Positions 1 to 8,325 of a DNA stretch of 32,000 bases are shown piece by piece; the first letter of the stretch is position 1; each line of letters begins with the position of its first letter. The translations under genes were made by a program, and so were the position numbers. This DNA comes from Patescibacteria group bacterium. GTDB lineage: Bacteria; Patescibacteriota; Minisyncoccia; UBA6257; HR35. The notes beneath the pieces were generated by a model. That model searched no databases, was not told where the DNA came from, and saw only the letters and a program-made list of their open reading frames with translations. The stretch is taken from positions 1 to 32,000 of the forward strand of contig JAUQQN010000001.1 of assembly GCA_030549845.1 (NCBI GenBank). Reading direction: 5' to 3'.

Positions 1-156
1 ATAGACAATAACACAAATACTACAGAAAATAACCTGCAAAATAATGAAAACGATATTTCTAATACTACTCAAACAAGTGGGGAGCAAATATCAATAGAAC
101 AAAATGAATCAAGCGCTAATGATACTTTGTCTGCAGAAAATTCAGAGCAAGAGTAA
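1..156 (+). CDS. 3' end of a CDS entering from upstream; Asn/Thr/Glu/Gln-rich low-complexity tail, hypothetical
   Basis: Frame 1 is open from base 1 to TAA at 154-156 (IDNNTNTTENNLQNNENDISNTTQTSGEQ...SAENSEQE*). It is absent from the ORF track because it has no start in the window. No family recognised. Confidence 0.35.
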   Translation: MDNNTNTTENNLQNNENDISNTTQTSGEQISIEQNESSANDTLSAENSEQE

Positions 157-419
157 AATCATAAAGTATTTTTCCAAATTATATATTTTACCCTTAGCAA
201 AATTGTGGAGTGTCAAAATTAATTTCTTAAACTACCAAAAACAATTCATAGTTATGCACAATTTTTATCCAATGTCAATTCTTTTTTCATTTATAATATA
301 ATGAACTTTAGCAATTTAAATTAAAGTTTAATAGGTCGAATTAAATCGAAGATAAACAAAATGCAAAAATTAAGTATTAGAATTTTAATCAGTTTAGCGT
401 TTCTGTTTTAGGTATTATA

Positions 420-1151
420 TTGGGAAATCTTTTATGGAATTACCAATGGAAACTAATGGCTCAATACTTACAACCACCTTTCCAACCGCCTTATCCACCT
501 AGCCAATGTCTTAAAGATACTTTTTTATATAAAAAAGCTTTAGAGGATTTTCTGAAAGCTTTTGCAAATCAAAAAAATGATGAAATTCTTTCATTAATAA
601 AAAACAACCTTAATACTGCAAGCTTAACTGAATTTATATTAAATGGAGTAAATGGGAAAAATTTCTCTTCTGAAAATGAATTTCAGGCGACAATTTTAAG
701 ACTTGCAACATTTGGATTAAATTTAGGTCTTCTAAAAGCAACGGGAAGTATAGAGTGCAAAATCCAAGCAGATGGGAATGGTCCTTTTTGCGAAGGGCCT
801 ATTGGGAGTGGTGGATCTAGTGAATTAAAGTCTATTAAATTATCAGTTGAAGTTCCTTTTAAAGGGAAAATTAAAATAAATGGCAAAGATAAAGAATTTA
901 GTGGCCGTCTTAACCTTACAAACTTAGAAATCTGGAAACAAACAGGAGCACAGGGCGTAGATGGAGTATGGGACTATGAATTTAAAAAATGGAGAAAGTA
1001 CGGTGCTATATTAAGCTGGTTAGGTATAAATAATGCTAAACTAAATGATGGTTCAATTGAGGTGAGATTTGGAACAGGTGAGATTTTGCAAAGTCCATTA
1101 GGAAGTAATATGCCTGTATTGATTTCTTTAAGTATTACATGTAAATTTTAG
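420..1151 (+). CDS. hypothetical protein (Pro-rich N-terminus, Gly/Lys-rich C-terminal half)
   Basis: 243-aa ORF with a TTG start and no recognisable family motifs. A signal-peptide-like mini-ORF lies just upstream in another frame (see findings). Confidence 0.5.
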   Translation: MGNLLWNYQWKLMAQYLQPPFQPPYPPSQCLKDTFLYKKALEDFLKAFANQKNDEILSLIKNNLNTASLTEFILNGVNGKNFSSENEFQATILRLATFGLNLGLLKATGSIECKIQADGNGPFCEGPIGSGGSSELKSIKLSVEVPFKGKIKINGKDKEFSGRLNLTNLEIWKQTGAQGVDGVWDYEFKKWRKYGAILSWLGINNAKLNDGSIEVRFGTGEILQSPLGSNMPVLISLSITCKF

Positions 1152-1162
1152 AAAATTTATTT

Positions 1163-1699
1163 TTATTTATACTTAGGTTTATCTTCTTTTAATTTTTTTA
1201 GGAAAACAATTTCTCTTGCTAATGCGTAAATATAACTAGATAGTCTATTTATGTAAGAAAGAGTAGTTTTAGGTAATTTGTATTTTTTATTAAATTTAAC
1301 AATTTTTCTTTCTACCCTCCTTATAACTGCTCTTAGGTAATGAAGCCAAGCAGAGTTTATTTCTTTTCCAGGAATTATAAATCCTTCTTGTGGTTTTATT
1401 TTCTTTTCAATTTTATCTATTTCTTTTTCTAAATTTTTAATTTTCTCTTCTTTTATTAAGGGTCTTTCGAATTTGGGATACATAAACCAAGCAATCTGAG
1501 CTTGAATAATAAAAAGATCTTCTTGAATTTGATGAAGTTCTTTTTTATATTTTTTAACTAAATTTTTGACAACTCCTACAAGACTATTTAGCTCATCTAA
1601 TTCCCCTAGAACCTCAAGAATTAAAGAATCTTTGGAAACTTTATTATTTCCTATTTTGCTTTTTCCTCTATCTCCCATTTTTGTGTAAAATAATGACAT
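1163..1699 (-). CDS. pduO: ATP:cob(I)alamin adenosyltransferase, PduO type
   Basis: N-terminal YTKMGDRGKS, then GELDELNSLVG, RAVIRRVERKIV and INRLSSYIYALAR. These match the PduO/MMAB-type adenosyltransferase signature along the whole 178-aa length. Confidence 0.85.
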   Translation of the reverse strand: MSLFYTKMGDRGKSKIGNNKVSKDSLILEVLGELDELNSLVGVVKNLVKKYKKELHQIQEDLFIIQAQIAWFMYPKFERPLIKEEKIKNLEKEIDKIEKKIKPQEGFIIPGKEINSAWLHYLRAVIRRVERKIVKFNKKYKLPKTTLSYINRLSSYIYALAREIVFLKKLKEDKPKYK

Positions 1700-1727
1700 T
1701 AAATAATTTTAAATAAAATATTTAAAA

Positions 1728-2786
1728 ATGAAAAGGATAATAGCCCATTTAGATATGGATGCCTTTTTCGCAGCGATTGAAGAAAATGATAATCCTGAAT
1801 TTAAAGGAAAACCTATCGTAGTTGGAGCTGATCCGAAAAATGGCAAAGGAAGAGGTGTTGTTTCGACCGCAAATTATAAAGCAAGAGAATATGGGATTCA
1901 TTCTGGGATGCCTATTACAGAAGCTTGGAAACTTTCAGAAAATGCCAAAAGTCAAGGAAAAGAAGGAGTTATATTTATTAAACCAAATTTTGAAAAATAC
2001 GAATTAGTATCCCACTCTATATTATCCATAATTAAAAAATATTCACAATTTGTTGAAGTTGCTAGCATTGATGAATTTTATTTTGATTTATCTTTTGCTA
2101 AATCTTATAAAAAAGCTAAAGATATCTGTTTAAAAATCAAAAAAGAAATAAAAGAAAGAGAAAGATTAACTTGTTCAATAGGGATAGGACCGAATAAATT
2201 AATAGCAAAAATAGCAAGTAGTTATAAAAAACCTGATAGTTTGATAGTTATTAAAAATCCTCAAAAATTTTTAGAAAATTTATCAATTAGAGTTATTCCT
2301 GGCGTTGGCCCTAAAACTGAAGAGATTTTAAATAGTTTAGGCGTTTTCAAGATCAAAGATTTACAAAAACTTTCTAAAGGAGAATTATATAAGCTCTTCG
2401 GCAAGTTTGGGTTAGCACTTTATGAAAAGGCAAGGGGGATTGATGAATCACCAATTATTGAAGAACATGAAATAAAATCGATAGGAGAACAAATAACATT
2501 TGAAAAAGATACAAGAAAGTTGAGTTATATATATGATGAATTAGAAAAATTATGTAAGAATATTTATAAAAGGTTTAAAGAAGAAGGGTTTGATAAATTC
2601 AAAACAATAACAGTAACAGTAAGGTTTAAAGATTTTGAAACCAAAACTAAATCTTTCACTTTTAAAAAGCCTATAGCTAACTTAGAAACCTTAAAACTAC
2701 ACAGCCTAAGACTTTTAATGAGTTTAATTAATCAAAATAAAAAACTAATAAGAATGATAGGTTTGAGAATTGAAAAATTAGGTTGA
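1728..2786 (+). CDS. dinB: DNA polymerase IV (Y-family translesion polymerase)
   Basis: IAHLDMDAFFAAIEE catalytic motif, SIDEFYFD, GIGPNKLIAKIAS and VIPGVGPKT HhH motif; 352 aa; TGA stop. Confidence 0.9.
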   Translation: MKRIIAHLDMDAFFAAIEENDNPEFKGKPIVVGADPKNGKGRGVVSTANYKAREYGIHSGMPITEAWKLSENAKSQGKEGVIFIKPNFEKYELVSHSILSIIKKYSQFVEVASIDEFYFDLSFAKSYKKAKDICLKIKKEIKERERLTCSIGIGPNKLIAKIASSYKKPDSLIVIKNPQKFLENLSIRVIPGVGPKTEEILNSLGVFKIKDLQKLSKGELYKLFGKFGLALYEKARGIDESPIIEEHEIKSIGEQITFEKDTRKLSYIYDELEKLCKNIYKRFKEEGFDKFKTITVTVRFKDFETKTKSFTFKKPIANLETLKLHSLRLLMSLINQNKKLIRMIGLRIEKLG

Positions 2787-2858
2787 ATGAATTTTAGCTT
2801 TTTCTAAAAAATGCTAGTCAATTAGAAATTCTTATAATAATTGGTATAATAAACAATA

Positions 2859-3320
2859 ATGGTTCGATACCCAGAAAAATTATTTGGAAAAGAAGGCAAA
2901 AATAGGGAGAAAGTAAAGACTTTTAAAGAAATATTAGAAGGAATTAAAAAATTGATTCATGAGATAATAACTGAATATGGGGATCCTGAAAAGAAAAGCT
3001 TTAAACCAGGGGTTGTTTCTCATGTTATACCTGAAGAATTTTATGATTTATTGGAAAAATTTCAAGAAGCAAAGAATACAATTAAACCCGGTTATATTTT
3101 CGAAGTGTACGAGAAATATCCTATTTTAGACTTTTATTTTAGGCAAATAAAAACTTCTCTTGATTTTTCTTTAGACCAAATTGCTGAAAAGTATAAAAAC
3201 GAAAGACAAAAGAACGAAAAACAAGAAGTGAAATATGATAAAAAGCAGTTTTTAAAAGATTTATATATAGCTTTTAATGAATTCCTTCAGGCACTGAATC
3301 AATATAGTTTTAAAGAATAA
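2859..3320 (+). CDS. hypothetical protein
   Basis: 153-aa ATG ORF in an otherwise empty gap, Lys/Glu-rich, no family recognised. Convergent with nrdJ with a 3-nt gap. Confidence 0.5.
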   Translation: MVRYPEKLFGKEGKNREKVKTFKEILEGIKKLIHEIITEYGDPEKKSFKPGVVSHVIPEEFYDLLEKFQEAKNTIKPGYIFEVYEKYPILDFYFRQIKTSLDFSLDQIAEKYKNERQKNEKQEVKYDKKQFLKDLYIAFNEFLQALNQYSFKE

Positions 3321-3323
3321 TCC

Positions 3324-6029
3324 TTATCCACAACCACCTGTGCTTTCTCCACATTCAATACAAGTATAGCATGAACCTGTTCTTACTGTCATTCCTCCAC
3401 AATATTTACAGGGTGGTCCTGTTAGTTCTTTTTTAAACTCAGCTTCCTGAAATGTTTGTTTAAGTTCTCTTGAAGAAAATAGTTGGGGGTGAGATTTTAA
3501 AATTTTTGATTCGTGAATATCTAGCCCTAGTTGTTTTAATTCTTCTGGAGATAAGAATCTAATTGCTAGATATTTAAATATGTAATCAATTATAGAGCTT
3601 GCTGTGGGGATTTCTGGATTATTGGTAAAACCCATAGGCTCAAATCTCATATGAATAAATTTATTTGCAAGCTCTTTTAATGGGACACCATATTGCAACG
3701 CAATAGAGACAGCTATAGCAAAAGCATCTAAAAGCCCTGCTAAGGTGCTACCTTGTTTTGACATTCTAATAAATATCTCCCCTAATGAACCATCTTCAAA
3801 CATACTATAAGTTAAATACCCTTCATGTCCTGCAACAGAGAATTTATGAGTTTCTGATTGTCTTACATCTGGTAATTTTCTTCTTTGAGTAATTTTTTCT
3901 TTTTTAGTTTCTTTCTTGCTTGTAAATAGAGCTTGGGTTGCTTTTGAACCATCTCTATAGATAGCAAAACATTTAATTCCAAGCTTCCAGGCCTGGATGA
4001 ATGCATTATATACATCTTCTATAGTTGCTGAATTTGGCATATTAAATGTTTTAGAAATAGCACCAGAAAGAAGAGGTTGGACTGCTGCTACCATTTTTAC
4101 ATGACCATCTAATGATATAAATCTCTTACCGCCTGGAGGAGGTACAGACGTATCAAAAATTGCTAAATGTTCTTCTTTAATATGTGGAGCTGTTTCAATG
4201 TTTTGGGTTTCTTCTAAATGTTTAAGTATATCTTCAATTTCTTTTTCAGAATAACCTAGTCTTTTAAGGGCTAATGGTACAGTTTTATTTACAATTTTCA
4301 TCCAGCCTCCACCAACAAGCTGTTTCATTTTTACCAAAGCAAAATCAGGTTCTATTCCTGTTGTATCACAGTCCATCATAAAACTTATTGTCCCCGTAGG
4401 AGCCAAAAGGCTTGCTTGCGCATTTCTAAAACCAAACTTTTCTCCTCTTTCAATTACTTCATCCCAAGCTTTATTCGCTTCTTCTAAAATTTTCTCAGCA
4501 ACTTTTAAGTTAGAATTCGTTAATTCTGTTTTTCCAATTTTGTAACTTTCATCCCGATGCATTTTTATCACTTCGAGCATCGGTTCTTTATTTTTTTCAT
4601 ATTCAGGAAATGGCCCTAAAATTTCAGAAATCTCAGTTGATGTTTTGTAGGCTTCAGCTGTCATAAGTGAAGTAATGCTTGCAGCTAAATATCTCGCTTC
4701 ATTTGAGTCATAAGGAAGGCCTAAAGCCATAATTAAAGCCCCAAGGTTTGTGTAACCTAAACCAATTGTTCGATATTTTTTGGTTTCTTCAGCTATCTTT
4801 GGATGTGGGTAATCAGCGGGCGAAATTAAAATATCTTGAGAAAGAAAAATTACTTTTACTGTATGTTTAAAGGCTTCAATATCGAAATCTCCATCATCTT
4901 TTAAAAATTTCATCAAATTAATCGAAGCAAGATTACATGAAGTCCAGTTAAGGAAGTTATATTCTGAACAAGGGTTAGTTGCTACAATTTCACCTGAATT
5001 TTTACAAGTATGCCATCTATTTATAGTGTCATGAAATTGAATTCCAGGATCGCCACATTCCCACGCTGCCTTAGCTGCTTCCCATAAAATTTCTCTTGCT
5101 TTATATGTTTTTGCTGGTTTTTTAGTCGTACGATAATAAGTTGTCCATTCCTTATCCTCAAGGGCTGCTTTCATAAATTCATCAGTTACCCTAATTGAAT
5201 TATTTGCATTTTGGAAAAATATATTTTGCCACAAAGGGTTATTTAAGTCAGTCATGTCATAGCCAGCTTCCATCAATGCTCTAACTTTGTTTTCCTCTTC
5301 AGCTTTTACTTTGATAAAATCCATAATTTCAGGATGATCAACATTCAAAATTACCATTTTAGCTGCTCGACGTGTTGAACCTCCAGATTTTATACTCCCA
5401 GCAACTGCATCAGCTGCTTTCATAAAAGAAACAACTCCTGAAGAAGAGCCTCCTGTTGAAAGTGGTTCTCCTTTTGCTCTTAGTTTAGATAAGTTTACTC
5501 CTGAACCAGAACCTCCCTTGAAAATCATTCCTTCAATTTTAATCCAATCCAAAATTGATTCCATATTATCTTCAACATCTAAAATAAAGCAGGCTGAACA
5601 TTGTTGTTTCCTACCTTCGACTCCAACATTAAACCAAACAGGAGAATTAAAAGCAGCGTATTGATGAAGCAAAATATAAGTCAGCTCTTCTTCATAAATT
5701 GTCGCAGTTTCCTCATTATCAAAATATCCTTGTTCTAAACCCCACTTTTTGAGTGTTTTTACAACTCTATCAATCAATTCTTTTAAAGAAGTTTCTTGTT
5801 TACCTTTATTGACTTTGAAATATTTCGAAGCTATTATGTTAATTGCATTTTGGCTGTAAAAATCAGGAAATTCTACATTTTCTAATTTAAAATCAGACCC
5901 AAGTATTTCTGCTGTTGTTCTTATCCATTTAACTTCCTCATAAGGATGTATGCCTTCTTTAGTAAAAAACCTCTTTATATTTATTTTTTTAGAAAAAGGG
6001 TTCTTTTGATTTCGTTTTTTTTGTGGCAT
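3324..6029 (-). CDS. nrdJ: adenosylcobalamin-dependent ribonucleotide reductase (class II)
   Basis: 901 aa. Motifs: FNSPVWFNVG, CSACFIL, GGSGSGVNLSKLR, active-site TNPCSEY and LLAPTGTISF. Cys-rich C-terminal tail CKYCGG...CYTCIECGESTGGCG (zinc-ribbon plus terminal Cys pair, as described for class II RNRs). Confidence 0.9.
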   Translation of the reverse strand: MPQKKRNQKNPFSKKINIKRFFTKEGIHPYEEVKWIRTTAEILGSDFKLENVEFPDFYSQNAINIIASKYFKVNKGKQETSLKELIDRVVKTLKKWGLEQGYFDNEETATIYEEELTYILLHQYAAFNSPVWFNVGVEGRKQQCSACFILDVEDNMESILDWIKIEGMIFKGGSGSGVNLSKLRAKGEPLSTGGSSSGVVSFMKAADAVAGSIKSGGSTRRAAKMVILNVDHPEIMDFIKVKAEEENKVRALMEAGYDMTDLNNPLWQNIFFQNANNSIRVTDEFMKAALEDKEWTTYYRTTKKPAKTYKAREILWEAAKAAWECGDPGIQFHDTINRWHTCKNSGEIVATNPCSEYNFLNWTSCNLASINLMKFLKDDGDFDIEAFKHTVKVIFLSQDILISPADYPHPKIAEETKKYRTIGLGYTNLGALIMALGLPYDSNEARYLAASITSLMTAEAYKTSTEISEILGPFPEYEKNKEPMLEVIKMHRDESYKIGKTELTNSNLKVAEKILEEANKAWDEVIERGEKFGFRNAQASLLAPTGTISFMMDCDTTGIEPDFALVKMKQLVGGGWMKIVNKTVPLALKRLGYSEKEIEDILKHLEETQNIETAPHIKEEHLAIFDTSVPPPGGKRFISLDGHVKMVAAVQPLLSGAISKTFNMPNSATIEDVYNAFIQAWKLGIKCFAIYRDGSKATQALFTSKKETKKEKITQRRKLPDVRQSETHKFSVAGHEGYLTYSMFEDGSLGEIFIRMSKQGSTLAGLLDAFAIAVSIALQYGVPLKELANKFIHMRFEPMGFTNNPEIPTASSIIDYIFKYLAIRFLSPEELKQLGLDIHESKILKSHPQLFSSRELKQTFQEAEFKKELTGPPCKYCGGMTVRTGSCYTCIECGESTGGCG

Positions 6030-6065
6030 TTTAAAAAATTCTTAGTTAATACGACTAGTCTTAAT

Positions 6066-6094
6066 TTTATAGAAGATTAAAATTTAAATGTCAA
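6066..6094 (-). promoter_or_regulatory. candidate sigma70-type promoter of nrdJ
   Basis: On the minus strand, TTGACA (6094-6089), an exact 17-nt spacer, then TATAAA (6071-6066), about 35 nt upstream of the nrdJ ATG at 6029. Confidence 0.45.
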
Positions 6095-6104
6095 GTTTTC
6101 TTAT

Positions 6105-6113
6105 TGTGGATAA
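6105..6113 (-). promoter_or_regulatory. perfect DnaA-box 9-mer (TTATCCACA on minus strand)
   Basis: Plus strand reads TGTGGATAA at 6105-6113, 10 nt upstream of the -35 hexamer of the nrdJ promoter candidate. It is a single site, so chance occurrence is possible. Confidence 0.25.
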
Positions 6114-6115
6114 CT

Positions 6116-7255
6116 TTAGTTAGGAAATGTCCTTTCGTATAATTTTTTATACTTTTTTAATGTTTTGATAGAAATTAATTTTTTAATATCAAATTTATTC
6201 AAAAATCTTATAAATTCTTTATATTCCTTTGAAATATTTCTGAAATTATTTTCTAAAATTTGGAAATGCAAAATAGGATTTGCCTTAGTAAGCCTTGTAG
6301 TTGTTTTAAATCCAGTCCCTGCATATTTTAGCCAATTTTTATTCATCTCATATGTATAAATAAAAATTAATTTAGAGATTAGAAAAACTAAATGGGAAAC
6401 TCGCGCAATGATAAAATCATGCTCTTGGCTATTTAAAATATAAGGTTTACTTCCTAACCTTAATATAAGCTTTTTAATCTTTCTTAAATTTACATTAGAG
6501 TTTTTATTATGAGGTGATATGATCCAAGGATAACCTAAAAATAAATCTCCTCTGCTATTTACAAACCCTTGCTTCTCTGAACCAGCCATAGGATGAGTGC
6601 CTAAAAATTCAATGCTACCTTCTGTTAATTTTTCAAATTCTTTTACTATTTTATCCTTTATGCTCCCAGTATCTATAATCAAAATTTTGTTATTTATGAA
6701 ATTTTTTTTATAAATATTCTTAATTTCTTTAGCAATGGGAATAATGGTATTAATAGGGGTAGCTATTATTATTAAATCACAATTTTCTACCATTTCTTTG
6801 ATTGATATTAATTTTTTAAGATAACCTTCCTTGTATGCTAGTTTTGCATCTTTATCTTTTTTTGAAAGCCCAAAAATTTCTAATTCTTTATTTTTTATCA
6901 AACCTTTCAAAATAGAACCACCTATTAGACCTACTCCAATTATCCCAATTTTTTTAAAGGGTATATCTATATTTTTGTTTAAAAGAAATTTTTCCTTACT
7001 TATTTTAAAAATCAACTCATAAATTTGTGGGATAGAATCTTTTACTGCTTGATCTTTAGCTATATTTTTCAAATTTTCTAAAATTTCTTTTTCTCGTTTT
7101 ATATCTGTTATAGGAAGACCTAATTCTATTTTTCTTTTTATAATCTTTTGAGATAACCTAATTCTTTTTTCAAGAACTCTAATAAGTTTTTTATCAATTT
7201 TGTCAATTTCTCTCCTTAAAATAGCAATATTTTCATCCAAGTTTGCCCTCCTCAT
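6116..7255 (-). CDS. tyrA: bifunctional chorismate mutase (AroQ-type) / prephenate dehydrogenase
   Basis: The N-terminal ~85 aa are helical CM type 2-like (LRREIDKIDKKLIRVLEKRIRLSQKI...ITDIKREKEIL). This is followed by the Rossmann motif IGIIGVGLIGGS and GTHPMAGSE typical of prephenate dehydrogenase. An alternative TTG start at 7240 is preceded by GGAGGG. Confidence 0.8.
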   Translation of the reverse strand: MRRANLDENIAILRREIDKIDKKLIRVLEKRIRLSQKIIKRKIELGLPITDIKREKEILENLKNIAKDQAVKDSIPQIYELIFKISKEKFLLNKNIDIPFKKIGIIGVGLIGGSILKGLIKNKELEIFGLSKKDKDAKLAYKEGYLKKLISIKEMVENCDLIIIATPINTIIPIAKEIKNIYKKNFINNKILIIDTGSIKDKIVKEFEKLTEGSIEFLGTHPMAGSEKQGFVNSRGDLFLGYPWIISPHNKNSNVNLRKIKKLILRLGSKPYILNSQEHDFIIARVSHLVFLISKLIFIYTYEMNKNWLKYAGTGFKTTTRLTKANPILHFQILENNFRNISKEYKEFIRFLNKFDIKKLISIKTLKKYKKLYERTFPN

Positions 7256-8081
7256 AAAAACCCAAAATTTTTAATTTGTTAACTCTTTTTGAAAATTCTT
7301 TAATAATATCTATAATCTCTTCTATTTTTCTATTCTTAAAAACAAAATCTAAGAAAAAGAAGTACTCAAATGGTCTTGTGGGGATAGGCCTTGATTCAAT
7401 TTTTGTTAAATTTAAATTATTTTTAGCAAACACCTCTAATGATCTATATAAACTTCCTGGCGTATGAGATAAGACAAAAATCAAAGAACATTTATCAGCT
7501 TTTTTATTTATTTTATATTTCTTTTCATGTGTAATTATTAAAAATCTTGTGTAATTAAAATCAAAATCTTGAATATTTTCCTTTAAGATTTGTAAATTAT
7601 ATATTTTTGCACATTCTTTACTTGCTATGGCTGCTAAAGAAATATCTTCTGTTTCCGAAATAAACTTTGCCGCTCTCGCTGTGTCAGAAAAAGCAATTTT
7701 TTCTAAATATGGATATTTCTCAAAAAATTTTTTACACTGTTCCAATGCCTTAGGATGGGAATAAACTTTTCTAAGATATTTTAATCTTAAATCAATAGGT
7801 ATTTCTGATCTTATGCCCAAAAGAAAGAGGTTGATTTTCAAATAGATTTCTCCACAAACTTTAACAGGATATTTATTCAAAAAATCTACATTTTCATAAA
7901 CTGAACCAGCTAAAGAATTTTCTATTGGTATTACACCATAATCAACTTCTTGTTTGGAAATTTTTTCGAAGATTTCTTTAAACTCATTTGTACCTATAAA
8001 TTTTCCCTTTTTTGAAAAAAACTTATTACCTGCCAAATAAGAATAAGAACCTTCTATTCCTTGGTATGCTATTTTTACCAT
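7233..8081 (-). CDS. pheA: prephenate dehydratase with C-terminal ACT domain
   Basis: IAYQGIEGSYS N-terminus, a PDT core, and ACT-like SLIFVLSHTPGSLYRSLEVFAKNNLNLTKIESRP. No CM domain in this protein. Confidence 0.85.
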   Translation of the reverse strand: MVKIAYQGIEGSYSYLAGNKFFSKKGKFIGTNEFKEIFEKISKQEVDYGVIPIENSLAGSVYENVDFLNKYPVKVCGEIYLKINLFLLGIRSEIPIDLRLKYLRKVYSHPKALEQCKKFFEKYPYLEKIAFSDTARAAKFISETEDISLAAIASKECAKIYNLQILKENIQDFDFNYTRFLIITHEKKYKINKKADKCSLIFVLSHTPGSLYRSLEVFAKNNLNLTKIESRPIPTRPFEYFFFLDFVFKNRKIEEIIDIIKEFSKRVNKLKILGFYEEGKLG

Positions 8082-8100
8082 TTAAAATTTAAACTGTAAT

Positions 8101-8325
8101 CTAAAATCCAACTGAGGCTTTTAAAATCTCTAATGATTTAAAATATGTATAGGCAATAATAATTCCTGCTATCAATCCTGCAATAAATCCAGCTAGACCG
8201 GAGGCTACAGATTTTCCTATGGATATCTTATAAACTTTTTGTTCTTTTACCACCAATTCTTCAAGAATTTTCTGGAGCTCATTAAACTGAAGATTTTCTT
8301 TTATTAAACCCATTTTACTTAACAA
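8101..8325 (-). CDS. small hypothetical membrane protein
   Basis: 74 aa with one Gly/Ala/Ile-rich hydrophobic helix (GLAGFIAGLIAGIIIAYTYF). It overlaps the ilvE stop by 11 nt, consistent with operon membership. Confidence 0.45.
   Translation of the reverse strand: MLSKMGLIKENLQFNELQKILEELVVKEQKVYKISIGKSVASGLAGFIAGLIAGIIIAYTYFKSLEILKASVGF

Noticed and set aside
205-273. DnaA-box-like sequences (TTATGCACA at 252-260, TTATCCAAT at 265-273) as a possible replication origin
   Set aside because: There is only one consensus-compliant box plus weak relatives in a 260-bp AT-rich gap. No dnaA or dnaN neighbourhood and no box cluster or obvious unwinding element can be distinguished from the general AT-richness.
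104-301. 65-aa plus-strand ORF in the first intergenic region
   Set aside because: It begins inside the tail of the incoming CDS in another frame. Its composition is low-complexity Ile/Leu/Lys/Phe, as expected from AT-rich non-coding DNA, and it has no RBS or family signal.
1700-1727. Looked for an SOS/LexA-type operator upstream of dinB
   Set aside because: The 28-bp divergent spacer is almost pure A/T, with no dyad resembling any described LexA box class.
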